Below are positions 23,116-35,447 of a stretch of 64,000 nt of DNA, one piece after another (the stretch's first letter is position 1; each line of letters opens with the position of its first letter). This DNA comes from Octopus sinensis (Eukaryota): assembly GCF_006345805.1 (NCBI RefSeq), contig NC_042997.1:33790001-33854000 (forward strand), read 5' to 3'. The position numbers and the translations under genes were made by a program. A model generated the notes under the pieces. That model ran no database searches, was not told the DNA's origin, and saw only the letters and a program-made list of their open reading frames with translations.

Positions 23116-23592
23116 ATACTACATAATATATGGTAGAAACTCTGTATATTTGATGACACTATATTTGGGGACTATTTAAGCAATGTGTTAATGGATGGTT
23201 AATTGGTAGGATGTGGTACCGAAGAAAGAGGAAAAACTCTTAAGATACCTATTTCTCTACCTTTTATCGTATTGTTTACATAAATGTATTCATGTACAAA
23301 ATATCATATAATTTCTATAGAAAATATGTAGAGATGATTTTAAAAAGTGATTGAATAGCACTGGTAACACAGGTAGGACACAGTATTGACTTTAATATAC
23401 TTGGTAATATATTATGGTTTCATAATGAAATACAGTGCCTCTAACCATTTTATTATAATAATATGCAGCCATATACTACCACGCGTATTAAAGGCTTATA
23501 AATCAGTACTTTGTTACAGGTCAATACCATGTTAGCAAAGCTATTCAATCACTATTCAGTACTGGCTCTAGTTTCTATAGAAAATCTGGAGA

Positions 23593-24003
23593 GGCGTAGG
23601 AGTGGCTGTGTGGTAAGTAGCTTGCTTACTGACAACATAGTTCCAGGTTCAGTCCCACTGCTTGGCACCTTGGGTAAGTGTTTTCTACTATAGCCTCGGG
23701 CTGACCAAAGCCTTGTGAGTGGATTTGGTAGACGGAAACTGAAAGAAGGCCGCTGTATATATGTATATATATGTGTGTGTGTGTGTATGTTTGTGTGTCT
23801 GTGTTTCCCCCCCCAACATCGCTTGACAACCGATGCTGGTGTGTTTATGTCCCCGTAAATTAGCCGTTTGGCAAAAGAGCGCGATAGAACAAGTACTAGG
23901 CTTACAAAGAATAAGTCCTGGGGTCGATTTGCTCGATTAGAGGTGGTGCTCCAGCATGGCCACAGTCAAATGACTGAAACAAGTAATAGAGTAAAAGAGA
24001 AGT
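23593..24003 (+). mobile_element. SINE-A, more diverged
   Basis: Full match with substitutions. Confidence 0.85.
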
Positions 24004-24539
24004 AGCTTTAAAAAGTGATTGAATTGTACTGCTAATACAAGTAGGACATAGCGTTAACTTATGAGCTTTTGATATACTTGGTTCTATGTTATTGCTGAAT
24101 AATGAAATAAGGTGTCCTTACCAGCAATTAATATGTACATACCAGTTGCCATGCCAATGTGTTTCATGCGTAAAGTTGGTACATTCAGTTACGTTAGAGT
24201 GCTCAATTTGGTGGTGCTGAAGAAGAAGCAAGAACTCTCGAATTATGCACATACATCCATTACCTGTTTTTCTGTCTTTGAATCACATTGTTTACGTAGG
24301 TGTATTTGCATATGAAATGTAATTTTCAGTGCTGGCTCTAGTTTCTATTGAAAACTTGTAGGCATAACTTTGAAGTTATTTCTTATGAAGTTTTTTATGC
24401 TTAGATGGGGAATTGATGATCCATAATTTTTGATCTTATTATGATAACTTCTCCAATTTTCCCTCATTGCTGACACTGTTTGATTTGTGAAAGGCTGTGT
24501 TTTTTTTTGTTATTGTATGTGGATATTTGAATGGTGGTT

Positions 24540-24800
24540 CTTCTCAAGGGGTTTTATATAGTCAACTTCCTCATCTTTATTTTTTATTTCTCCTCACTAT
24601 TTATTTATGTTTTAATGTGAGAGACGGTCGCTTGTCCTTTTAATATGAAGTTGGTTTTATTTACATTTTTTACATTAGATGGAAGAAGGCTGGAGGGTAT
24701 ATCAGCTGAAATGTTGTGTTAACAACAAACAAGATGAGGACAAATATCCGTCAAATGTAAATAATGTACATAATTCCTCATCTCTTAAATATAGAACTGA
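24540..24800 (+). mobile_element. Penelope-like pLTR relic with a decayed hammerhead
   Basis: tgGAAGA-aGGCTG-gagggtatat-CAGCT-GAAATGTT at 24679-24716; CpG-decay pattern of CTGAAGA...CAGCCGAAACGTT. Confidence 0.5.
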
Positions 24801-26279
24801 AGTTGGTTTTGTTATATTCTTCTATTGCATTTTTTTTGGAGTATTGTTAATTCACTATATGTGGGTGGTCATTTCATTTCCCCTGTAAGATGATGAATTG
24901 ACAGAGTTTTGTAGAGAATACTTTGCAGTATTTGTTCCAACTATTTGAAATCTGATTTCAAATCCTCCTGAGATCAACCTTACCTTTCAACCTTTTGTGA
25001 CTGATGAAAAATGTACTGATTCTGTGGGATTGATGAATAGAGCTGTTAAAAGTTTGGGGAAAATGCCTTGCCTTTCAATATCTGTTCTGGTTCTTTGTGT
25101 TCTGATGGCAACACTTGCAAAAACACTAGTATCAAACTGCAAGTTGGTAGCCTTTCCCTTATATAAACATTGATAGTGTGAAGATGAGAGGAGATACCCA
25201 CGTGTGTGGACAACTGTCAGTCTTTGTTAGTGTTAAGCAAAAATCTTGTCCAAGTATGGTCAACCTTGAGCAATAGAACCCCTGTATTTTCTTTCCATTG
25301 CCAAACTTCATATTTTGTTGTTGTTGAACTCCAGGCTAGCCCTGATTATGTAGACATGTAATCAAGGGCAATCCCTTAAATCTCATCTTGTTTACACGAA
25401 TAGCACATGTTGGACTTACATTATGTAATATATACCACTTTCTTTTAGGATGGTATAGTGTGATGTGAGGGATATTTGGTTGCTATTTCTAACAGTTTGA
25501 GGAACCACATAAAAGCTCCCTTACTGGCTTGTGATGGTTCATAAATTTTGTGTGCACTGGGTTTACTTGTGCTGCTTTCATTGGCTTCAGGAGAAATTAT
25601 CTTTTCTTTTTTTTTAGATGGTAGTCATTTCTTTTATATATATGTTTCTCCATTGTGTATACTTAAATAGAAATGCTTCTATTTCTGAAATTTTTTTTTT
25701 TGTGTGTTTCCTATAAATTCTTATACATTTGCTAATGTATTTCAGTTTAGTTATCATCTTACTTCTCCGTTTGTTCTTCTCCAAGATTTTTATGTGTTTC
25801 TTTTATGGTGCTAGTATATGCTGATGTAGTATGGTCGTGCCATGTACTCATAACACCTTCTTGCTATTGTTCTTTACTTCACCATTCTCTTGTAGCTTTC
25901 ATTGTATTTGATAGTTGTGTTAGAGGGATTAATCTAACTGACCTGATGATCGTGTCAATGCAAAAATAGTGGGGTCACATTAAATGCACACTATAGTGTT
26001 TCCCATAAGCCATAGGACCATCAAGTTTTGTTTTGATTGTCTGTTTGTGTGGTTGGTCATGGTTACTGCTTTGCAGAGTGTTCGTTTCGTTTTGTCTTAG
26101 CTTGGTAAATTTTCTTTTGTTTTATGATTTCTGATGAGTTCTTATGCTCCTACATCGTTAGATTTTATTCACTGTCGAACCAAAGAAGGCATAAAATGAA
26201 TAATTGCCGATTTTGTTTAGCCCAAGGTTATCGTTGATCTAGCAAGCCTATGGTCTAAGACATTCTAACATTACCCATT

Positions 26280-26521
26280 CTGCCTATTTTTTTTCAGACA
26301 TAGATTATAGTCATATAGGATCCAAAAAGTCACTTCTATTGATTTTTTAATGGCTTTGCGGGGTGACTGGCGAAATGTAAAGATGTGCATGACCACCCTT
26401 GGACAGTTTTGAATGACCATAGAAAGTGTGAGCCCTCTAACTGAAAAATTGTGGATTTGTATAAAGGACATGCACACACACACACACACACACACATTTT
26501 GCCATTTATATATATAGAGAT
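26280..26521 (+). mobile_element. Helitron-type 3' fragment
   Basis: Ends (ca)n-ttttgccatttatatatatagagat like the other Helitron-type ends. Confidence 0.45.
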
Positions 26522-26739
26522 GAGTATGTGTGTTTGTGTCTTTGTTTATCCCCTACCACTGCTTGACAACTGATATTGGTGTGTTTACGTCCCTGTAACT
26601 TAGCAGTTGTCCAAAAAAAAGAATGGAATAAGTACTAGGCTTAACAAAAAATAAATACTGAAGTCGATTCATTTCACTAAAGATTCTTCTAGGCAGTGCC
26701 CCAGCATGGCCAATGTCTAATGACAGAAACAAGTAAAAG
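26520..26739 (+). mobile_element. SINE-A 3' half, old
   Basis: gtgtgtttgtgtc...ccccagcatggccaatgtctaatgacagaaacaagtaaaaga. Confidence 0.75.
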
Positions 26740-27113
26740 ACAAGAGCACTCAGAGTGCACAAACCTCTGCCAAGGCAACACCAGCGTCCTCTCAACGATT
26801 AGCCAGAGATGATTTTTAAAATGAGAATGTCTAAAGTAAACTCGACTGCTCTCATGAACAAGAATACTAAAAAAGAACTCGACTGCTCTCAAAAATTAAG
26901 TAAAATAAAACAGGAAGAATAATCCAGAATCCTTGTCCGGTACTGGACTGATCCCAAAATCTAATCAGTTCATGCCAGTCACAAGGCCAAACATCCCTGA
27001 AAGCTTCATCCGAATCCATCCAGCAGTTCTTGAGATATCCTGTCCATGGACAAACAAACTAACAAACACGAATGAAAACAATACCTCCGCCTTCGCTAAG
27101 GCAGAGGTAATAA
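26740..27113 (-). mobile_element. Complete Helentron-associated element (HINE/DINE-1-like)
   Basis: Subterminal inverted repeat acctctgcc (26763-71) and ggcagaggt (27100-08); terminal hairpin acctccgcctt-cgct-aaggcagaggt; palindrome gcactc-a-gagtgc (26746-58); ends in TT context on the minus strand. Confidence 0.8.
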
Positions 27114-27630
27114 AGATAAAAGATGTCGCTGTATATTCTACTTTCACAATGCTTTTCTATGTGAGTGTTGGTGCAATTTAGAGTCTGGATGTGTTGGATC
27201 GACAGTTAACAAAAATTGTTGTGCTACAATGGGAAAATAATTTTAGTTAGGATTTTCTGATGGTGTCTCCACTGAAGGCCTTTGAAGGAAACAGCAGAGT
27301 TCTCTTATGACACACAAACACATTAGATATTGTGATCTTTGATCCGACTTTTGCTGATGCATACCACTTTTTGTTCATATGAATATTTTCTTTTTTATCT
27401 ACCCAAGTTATAATTTACTAAGCACAAGATCTCTGTCTGTCTGAAGCAAAATTCTTACTTGCATGTAAATATACTAGCTATTATCTCAAACTTTCTCTTG
27501 ATATGACATAAGCTATTGAAGTCACAGACACATACACAGTGGAAATAATGTCAATCTGCTTATTACTGATCACTGCTATGTGTGTGTTCAGTGACTTTCT
27601 CTCCCTCTCTCTCTCGCACTCTCTCTCTAT

Positions 27631-27674
<44 letters not shown>

Positions 27675-28261
27675 AGAAAGAGAGTAAGTAAAGCAGTGAC
27701 TAATGCTTGCTTTGTTGTTTACTGTGATTACTCCATAAATTTTATAATCCATTCTAAAGAAAAGTTGGTCACAGATTAAAAAATATTCTTTAATACTTTC
27801 CTTTAATAACCTAGCAATTCTCTGCTACATTAAAGAATTGAACTTAATGCACCAACTAATCAAGCTAGTTTTGGAATTGAGTAGAGAGGATACAGGTAGT
27901 GATGTCTTAAAATTCTCCCATATCTCAATGGCAGTGTGGTTGGGTATCCCAGCACTCTAATTAGGGTGGTAACTGTATAACTTGGCACCCCAGTTCAAAG
28001 TTCAGTCACCAAAGGAGTTACTGAAGTATGAAACAAACTGCCGGCATCAGTTGTTAGTTGTCGGAGCACTGCATCCTTCAATACTTCCATGCTTCCTGAG
28101 ATTCGCCAACACTACACCTGATTTTCTCCCCACCATACACACACAAAGCATGTATCTGACTCATACACTGTTCACTTCTCAGACATTTGTATATTACTGC
28201 ACATGCTTTATACGCACTTTTGACAAGTTGTGGTGCACCTGAGCACTGTATACAACAATTT

Positions 28262-28292
28262 CATTATTATTATTATTATTATTATATTATTA

Positions 28293-28323
<31 letters not shown>

Positions 28324-28392
28324 TATTGTTATTATTATTATTATTATTATTATATTATTATTATTATTATTATCATTATTATTATTATTTTA
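28262..28392. repeat. (ATT)n microsatellite, probably a retroposon tail
   Basis: Direct inspection; preceded by gagcactgtatacaacaatttc. Confidence 0.85.
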
Positions 28393-29180
28393 ACATTGGT
28401 AGTTGCTTATCACATTAGTAATTACACGTATGCATGCATATACACGCTCTGATATTCCAAACCTTTTGCTGTGTATGATGAGGTGGGAGTCCCGTAGGGT
28501 GGGTGGCACCCCAGTTCAAAAGTTCCATAGCACAAGGAATACACCACAATAGCTTGCACATCACTTCAGTAACTCCACGCATGCATACGTACACAATCCG
28601 ATGTTCCAGATATTTTTGTTGTCGATGCATTAAAAACTTTTTGCTAATCAGTTAAGATTTAATAATGTTTACAACCAGAGCTGTGTTCACTAGATACTCT
28701 GTTTCCCATTATCTCATATAATCTGAAGAAACATTTCACCCAATATCAATAAAAAGTTAATGAATGAAAACAAGAAAATTTATTTCCATTCTCTGTTTCT
28801 CTCTACGTGGTCATTATTTGAATGTATTTTGCACTAATAACTATTATAGATAGACACCGATGCCTAAAAGAAAATGTTTTGCCATGTAACTATGTGAGCG
28901 AATGTCTATAACTTGTAATTCGCTCAACAATAAATAGTACTATGCAGTGTAATTAATATCTGAATAATTTGCAAAAGAAAGCAACTTTTTCATTTTTTTC
29001 TTTGAAAACCAAAATACTCTCTAGTTTGCTAGGACTTCCTGAGATTCAGCAATATCTAAGATACCAAAGTAATCAATGAAGCAAATGGAATAAAAACAGT
29101 TACGTAACACAAAAAAGCATTTTGGTGGTTAGAAATGTTACATAAAGAGAATAATGGTATTGATGCTGTAAGATGTGTAA

Positions 29181-29963
29181 GGTGGCGAGCTGGCAGAAGC
29201 GTTAGCACGCCGGGCGAAATGCTTTGCAGTATTTCGTCTGCCGCTACATTCTGAGTTCAAATTCCGTCGAGGCCGACTTTGCCTTTCATCCTTTTGGGGT
29301 CGATAAATTAAGTACCAGTTATGCACTGGGGTCGATATAATCGACTTAATCCGTTTGCCTGTCCTTGTTTGTCCTCTCTGTGTTTAGCCCCTTGTGGGTA
29401 GTAAAGAAATTGGTATTTCGTCTGCCGCTACGTTCTGAGTTCAAATTCCACCAAGGTCAACTTTGCCTTTCATCCTTTCGGGGTTGATAAATTAAGTACC
29501 AGTTACGCACTGGGGTCGATATAATTGACTTAATCCGTTTGTCTACCCTTGTTTGTCCTCTCTGTGTTTAGCCCCTTGTGGGTAGTAAAGAAATAGGTAT
29601 TTCGTCTGCCGCTACGTTCTGAGTTCAAATTCCACCGAGGTCAACTTTGCCTTTCATCCTTTCGGGGTTGATAAATTAAGTACCAGTTACGCACTGGGGT
29701 CGATATAATCGACTTAATCCGTTTGTCTACCCTTGTTTGTCCTCTCTGTGTTTAGCCCCTTGTGGGTAGTAAAGAAATAGGTATTTCGTCTGCCGCTACG
29801 TTCTGAGTTCAAATTCCACCGAGGTCAACTTTGCCTTTCATCCTTTCGGGGTCGATAAATTAAGTACCAGTTACGCACTGGGGTCGATATAATCGACTTA
29901 ATCCGTTTGTCTGCCCTTGTTTGTCCCTTCTGTGTTTAGCCCCTTGTGGGTAGTAAAGAAATA
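29181..29963 (+). mobile_element. SINE-B tetramer (one head plus four 184-bp bodies) within a single 21-bp TSD
   Basis: Units at 29231, 29415, 29599, 29783; TSD ggtattgatgctgtaagatgt at 29156-29176 and 29964-29984; B box gagttcaaattcc. Confidence 0.92.
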
Positions 29964-30000
29964 GGTATTGATGCTGTAAGATGTTGTTAGGTATAATTCC

Positions 30001-30226
30001 TATTTCTTTATTGCCCACAAGGGGCTAAACATAGAGGGGACAAACAAGGACAGACAAGGTGATTAAGTCGATTACATTGACTCCAGTACGTAACTGGTAC
30101 TTAATTTATCGACCCCCGAACGGATGAAAGGCAAAGTTGACCTCAGCGGAATTTGAACTCAGAATGTAATGGCAGACAAATTACCGCTAAGCACTTTACC
30201 TGGTGTGCTAATGTTTCTGCCAGCTT
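30001..30226 (-). mobile_element. SINE-B
   Basis: Full reverse-complement match; flanking ttaggtataatt duplicated (~29987 and ~30228). Confidence 0.88.
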
Positions 30227-30774
30227 ATTAGGTATAATTTTGCTGTGTTAGTGATGTATTGGTTTGGTACTGTTGAATGATTAGGCATATACTAATTATT
30301 GTTGTTGTATGATTATGGATTAGCTCTGAGCACACTTATTATAAAAGGCATCTTAGCATGACCATCACATCATTTTTGTGAGTATTATCTATCTAGGAAC
30401 ACAGATGAGGGCAGCTGCGTCGAACTCTCTCATGCACCAAATGGCAATTGCTAAAAAGCATTCGTGAAGTAAAATCATGTAGCAACACCAAATGGCGGTG
30501 CCCCAGCATGGCCACAGCTTGTGAGCTGAAACTAAAAATTTAAAAAAAAAAAAATTTTTAAATTACTTAGTTGGTTCTTTTTTAAAAATGGTAGTGTAAT
30601 TTTAAAGAGATTTGGCTGCTATTTCTTGCGACTTAAGTAGCCATGTAGTATTATGGCTAGAGCAATTGCTGCTCTCATATCAAAGCGGTCTCTTTAATTT
30701 TCTCAGTTCTTGATTGATGTGTTTTTAGCTGATCAATGATGGGGTTTCTATGTGTGCGTGCGTGTCTGTGCGTG

Positions 30775-30819
<45 letters not shown>

Positions 30820-31376
30820 GTAATTGTTAGCTCATGACTATACGGTGGCTATTGGTATTTGTTGGTTCTTTTGGGAATATGTTGGTGTTTCTTTTATGCA
30901 TTTGTTTTCAGATAGAATGGAGTTGATTGTAGCTAATAGTAGTAACAAAGTCTTGTTCTGTTGTGTAACTAGATTGCCTTCCACCCCGCATACACATGTA
31001 TGTGTGTGTGCACAATCGCACATGTGTGTGTATGTGTGTGTAAAGAGTCTTTGCTGCTGTGAACTGTTCTGTTTGTGATGGTTTATTTTTTTTTACTCTA
31101 ATTGTTTTACTACTTTTAGTCATTGGACTATATAGCTTTACTGGCTGACTATCTTCAATTACATCCACTCAGCAGCTATTTTATCAGTCTCAGATAATGA
31201 AAAACAAAATTGACTTAAGAGCAATTTGATCCCAAAATGTGAAGGAACGTAACCAAACACTACATGGTGTTTTGTCCAATGTTCCACTGATTCTGACATT
31301 CAACTGTTAATTCTGATCTGTCTTGTCTGTTATCGTTTGGTAGAGAAAAGGTGCAACAGGCAGGCAGGCGTAGATT

Positions 31377-31850
31377 TATTTCTTTATTGCCCACAGGGGG
31401 CTAAACATAGAGGGGACAAACAAGGACAGACAAAAGGATTAAGTCGATTACATTGACCCCAGTGTGTATCTGGTACTTATTTAAGGCTGCAAGCTGGCAG
31501 AAACGTTAGCACGCCGGGCGAAATGCTTAGCAGTATTTCGTCTGCTGTTACGTTGTGAGTTCAAATTCCGCCGAGGTCGACTTTGCCTTTCATCCTTTCG
31601 GGGTCGATAAATTAAGTACCAGTTACGCACTGGGGTCGATGTAATCGACTTAATACCTATGTCTGTCCTTGTTTGTCCCCTCTGTGTTTAGCCCCTTGTG
31701 GGTAATAAAGAAATAGGTACTTATTTAATCGACCCTGAAGGATGAAAGGCAAAGTCAACCTTGGTGGAATTTGAACTCAGAACATAATGGCAGATGAAAT
31801 ACCGCTAGGCAGTTCACCTGGCCTGCTAATGATTGTGCCAGTTTGCCGCC
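31377..31850 (-). mobile_element. SINE-B (minus) with a second SINE-B (plus, 31485-31715) nested inside
   Basis: 13-bp TSD ggtacttatttaa at 31472-31484 and 31716-31728. Confidence 0.9.
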
Positions 31851-32221
31851 CTATACTAGGACCAATATTGTATATGATAGCAGTTGTTGTATGGTATGGC
31901 TTTATTGTAGTCATGGGTAAACTACTAATGGTGGCACACCTCATGAAAAATTACCTTGAATTTTTTTTAGTTGTGCAGCCTGCCCATTCTTGTTTTCCTG
32001 TCTGGAAACTTTAGAGCCATCTCAGCAAATTAAAGTGACACTTTTTAATTTTACAATGTGACCTGAGACTCCTACAGAAGTAAACTGCTGTCTTTTTCTT
32101 TCTCTTTCTCAATGGTATTTTATTTAACCTGAAAGGAAGTGTTTATATACCTCAGTGTATGGAGTTTCTTCCCCACTAGTTCTGATGTCATATGGCTTGG
32201 TCAGCACTGATTGTATAGATC

Positions 32222-32602
32222 TACTAGCAGTATCGCCCGGCATTGCTTGGGTTTGCTTCAACCCTTTAGAATTGGAATTTGAAAAGTAAACATTTTGCAT
32301 TATGTAGCTCTTTAAGTGAACATTTTTCTGGTTGAAATACACTGAAAAATGGCAACACAGCAGTAAAAAAATCGTAAAAAAATAGGGATTTTCATAGAAA
32401 AAAAGCACCTTTTTGATGTAAATAATTTTTGGTATTAACATGGTCTGATTTGAATTTTTTCTTCTACCGAAGGAAGAGCAAGCCTTCTATCATACTCTCA
32501 ATTTTGGTCAACTTGCGCTGCAGGGTCTTAAAGGAGATAGTGTAGTTGAAGGCTACCAAACCTGCCATACACAGACAACTTCAGCTTTATATATAGAGAG
32601 AT
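32222..32602 (+). mobile_element. Helitron-type element with the same 5' terminus but a third body type
   Basis: tactagcagtatcgcccggcattgcttggg ... cagacaacttcagctttatatatagagagat. Confidence 0.7.
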
Positions 32603-32670
32603 GAGGAAGTATTTATACCATGACTAACTAGCTTTTGTTCAGTCATAATGTAACCAAGAGTATATTAACC

Positions 32671-32892
32671 CTATTGATACCAAACTGCCTGAGACTGCCT
32701 CAGATTCTATGACATAAATTTACTCTTTTAAAGTGGTCTAAATTACAATCTTCTATTAAAATTTTATGCTAATTTGTTCCAAACCCCAGCTTAATAATGA
32801 AAAAGTCATTTTATGAAATACTTCATTGTTTTAAAAATTAATTGAAACAAAATCACCGTATGTTGACAGAAATATGGTAACAAAAAATTTAA
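32671..32892. mobile_element. TTAA-type MITE, old copy
   Basis: ttaaccctattgatacc start; body similar to 56272-56492. Confidence 0.6.
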
Positions 32893-33849
32893 TGAAAATG
32901 CTTCTTTTTTTTTAAGATAGAAGGGTGTGATTTGAGGGAATTTAGGCTACTACTTTTACTAGAAGTAGTAGCCAAAATTCTTTATTAAGTTTGTGTATGT
33001 AGTCCCAGTTCTGGCTTTGTCTGAGACACTGATGACCAAAGGCATTCCAGTAATGCTTTTATTTGAACACAAGGCATCTAAGACTACATTATCCTGTGTT
33101 GTTTTATTTTCTTTTTTTAAGGAAGGTAAGGTACAATTTGTGGGGGTAGAGTCGGATGCTATTTCTAGAAGGTTGGAGTGACTGCATAGAACAAAACTCT
33201 ATTATTGGCTCGTCACAAGACTTGTTTAAAATGGTGAATAAAAACCAGATGCAATTTTTTTTTTTTTTAACAATCAATAATAGACATTGAAAAAAAACAA
33301 AAAAAACAAATAAGACCAACCTCCACCACCACCACCATCACCACCATCATCAACACCACCACCACTACACCACCACCACTGCTTCTGCCACATGAGTTGA
33401 ATGATAACCTCATATACAGCTATGTAACTTGAGATTTGAAAATCATGGCTAAATAAATGACAATTTTTTTTAATTTTTATAAAGAGTTCATAAAATATGA
33501 CATTCATCTTGGTGTTTGTATGCATTGTTGTTGTTATTGTTAGTTGTTATATAATTTTGTTTGCAACAACAATAATGAAAATAACTATTTTATTTTTTTA
33601 AAAATATTTTTCAAAAAATAATGATTGTAACAATGATTTACACGTTTTTTAAATAAATCCCCCACCGTCTTTTGTTTTTGTGTTGTCTTAAATGTTTTTG
33701 TGGCCCCTGTGGCCAATAAACAGAGAGTTATTATTATTATTATTATTATTAGATTAGTGTAAAGTGGCAAGCTGGCAGAATTGTTAACACACCAGACTAA
33801 ATGCTTAGCAGCATTTCGTTCAAGTTTGCATTCTGAATTCAAATTCTAT

Positions 33850-34375
33850 CCTACCTTCTTTGTCTTCTCTCCACTGTATACTTATCCCACAACATTTTTT
33901 TCTTCATTCACTGTATTCACCTATTCCTCACCTCTAGCCATGTCTCACTCTCCCCTCCTCATACACTCTTGCATCCTTCATCTGCATGCATTCCCTGTTC
34001 TTTTGTCCCCACTCATGTCTTCTCATCTTCTACCTCCCTGAAACCGCATCACCACTATCTCTGTTTCCAGCTCCACCCTGGTTACTCCCACTCTCCCTTG
34101 CTCAGTGTGAGGAGCTGTGTAGTTCCTCTACAGCAAGAAACCTGTTCTGTTTTGGCTCCTTCTCATCACCTAGCATAAAGCTGCCTTCATCTCTACTGTA
34201 GTCCCATCCTGTTGAAGGTGATCTTACCACATGGTGACTTCACTAGTGCTGGTGCCACACAAAAAGCATGCTGTATATTCTGTAAAGTGATTCATATTAG
34301 GATGTGTATCCAGCCATAGAAACCATGCCAATTCAGACATTGGTGCATTTGCAGTCCTTGGACCTGTCACATCCC
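33850..34375 (+). mobile_element. RTE LINE 3' UTR relic with a D-type tail
   Basis: C/T-rich body; cctctacagcaagaaacctgtt shared with ~49658; ends in a degenerate D tail. Confidence 0.55.
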
Positions 34376-34380
34376 TTTAA

Positions 34381-34847
34381 CCCTTTAGTGTTTAAACTGG
34401 CCATACCAGGCCAAAATTGTCTTCCTGTTTTATTCTCAAACCAGCCAGCTCTGACCCCTCACACCTACCCTACAAAGTCATTCTAAAAATAAACAGAGAC
34501 ATCATCAATATCCCAGAGTTACAAGATGCTGAACAATTAATTTAAAATAATCGGTGGCACGTAAAAAGCACCATCCGACCGTGGCCGTTTGCCAGCCTCG
34601 TCTGGAACCTGTGCCAGGGGCACGTAAAAAGCACCCACTACACTCATGAAGTGGTTGGCGTTAAGAAGGGCATCCAGTCGTAGAAACATTGCCAGATCAG
34701 ACTGGGCCTGGTGCAGCCTTATGGCTTCCCAGACCCCAGTTGCACCGTCCAACCCATGCTAGCATGGAAAGCGGACGCTAAACGATGATGATGATGATGT
34801 AATTAAACAGGCTTTACATTTGACAGAGTAATCTGAATGATAAAGGG
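34381..34847. mobile_element. TTAA-type MITE interrupted by family D (34551-34799)
   Basis: TTAA-ccctttagtg ... taaaggg-TCAA; D copy inside. Confidence 0.7.
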
Positions 34848-34984
34848 TCAAACTGTCCAGCCTGTGCCAGCATGGAGTAAGGATGTTGAAAGAGATGGTG
34901 ATGGTGATTATATATGTGCGCATATGTATAGGGACACAGATCCTGTTTTCTTGTACTTGTATAGCTCATGTGTCAATACACACA

Positions 34985-35382
34985 TACATGGCTTTGTGGT
35001 AAGGAGTTTGCTTTCTAATCATATGGCTCTGGGTTCAGTCCCACTGCATAGTGTCTAGAGCAAGTGTCTTCTACTATAGCCTCAGGCTGACCAAAGCCCT
35101 GTGACTGAATTTGGTAGATGGAAACTGAAATGAACCCATTGTATATATATATATCTCTGTCCGTTTGCATATCTGTGACATCACGTGATAGTTGTAAATG
35201 AGTGCCACTGTCATGTAGGCAGTGTCCTTTATTTCCAATATTCTTGGGAAAATGTCTGGCCATAGGGAAATAATGCCTTGCTTGGAAACAGGAGTGGGGC
35301 ATCCGACCATAGAAAATCTGCCTCAAATAAACTCTGACTCATGCAAATATGGAACACGGGACATAAAAACGATGCTGCTGAT
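34985..35382 (+). mobile_element. Chimeric SINE: SINE-A head/CORE plus a different body and D/RTE-like tail
   Basis: First ~150 bp match SINE-A; end ggggcatccgaccatagaaaatc...catgcaaatatggaacacgggacataaaaacgatgctgctgat. Confidence 0.65.
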
Positions 35383-35447
35383 ACACTTATATGCAGATTT
35401 GTGTATACATATATCTATAATTTCTTTATATATATATATATATATAA

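Noticed and set aside
26130-26190. CTGATGA ... GAACC as a hammerhead
   Set aside because: No stem II can be formed and GAAA is absent
32150-32205. Minus-strand peptide VLTKPYDIRTSGEETPYTE ending gag|gtatat
   Set aside because: No pyrimidine tract, a weak donor, and a Helitron inserted 16 bp upstream
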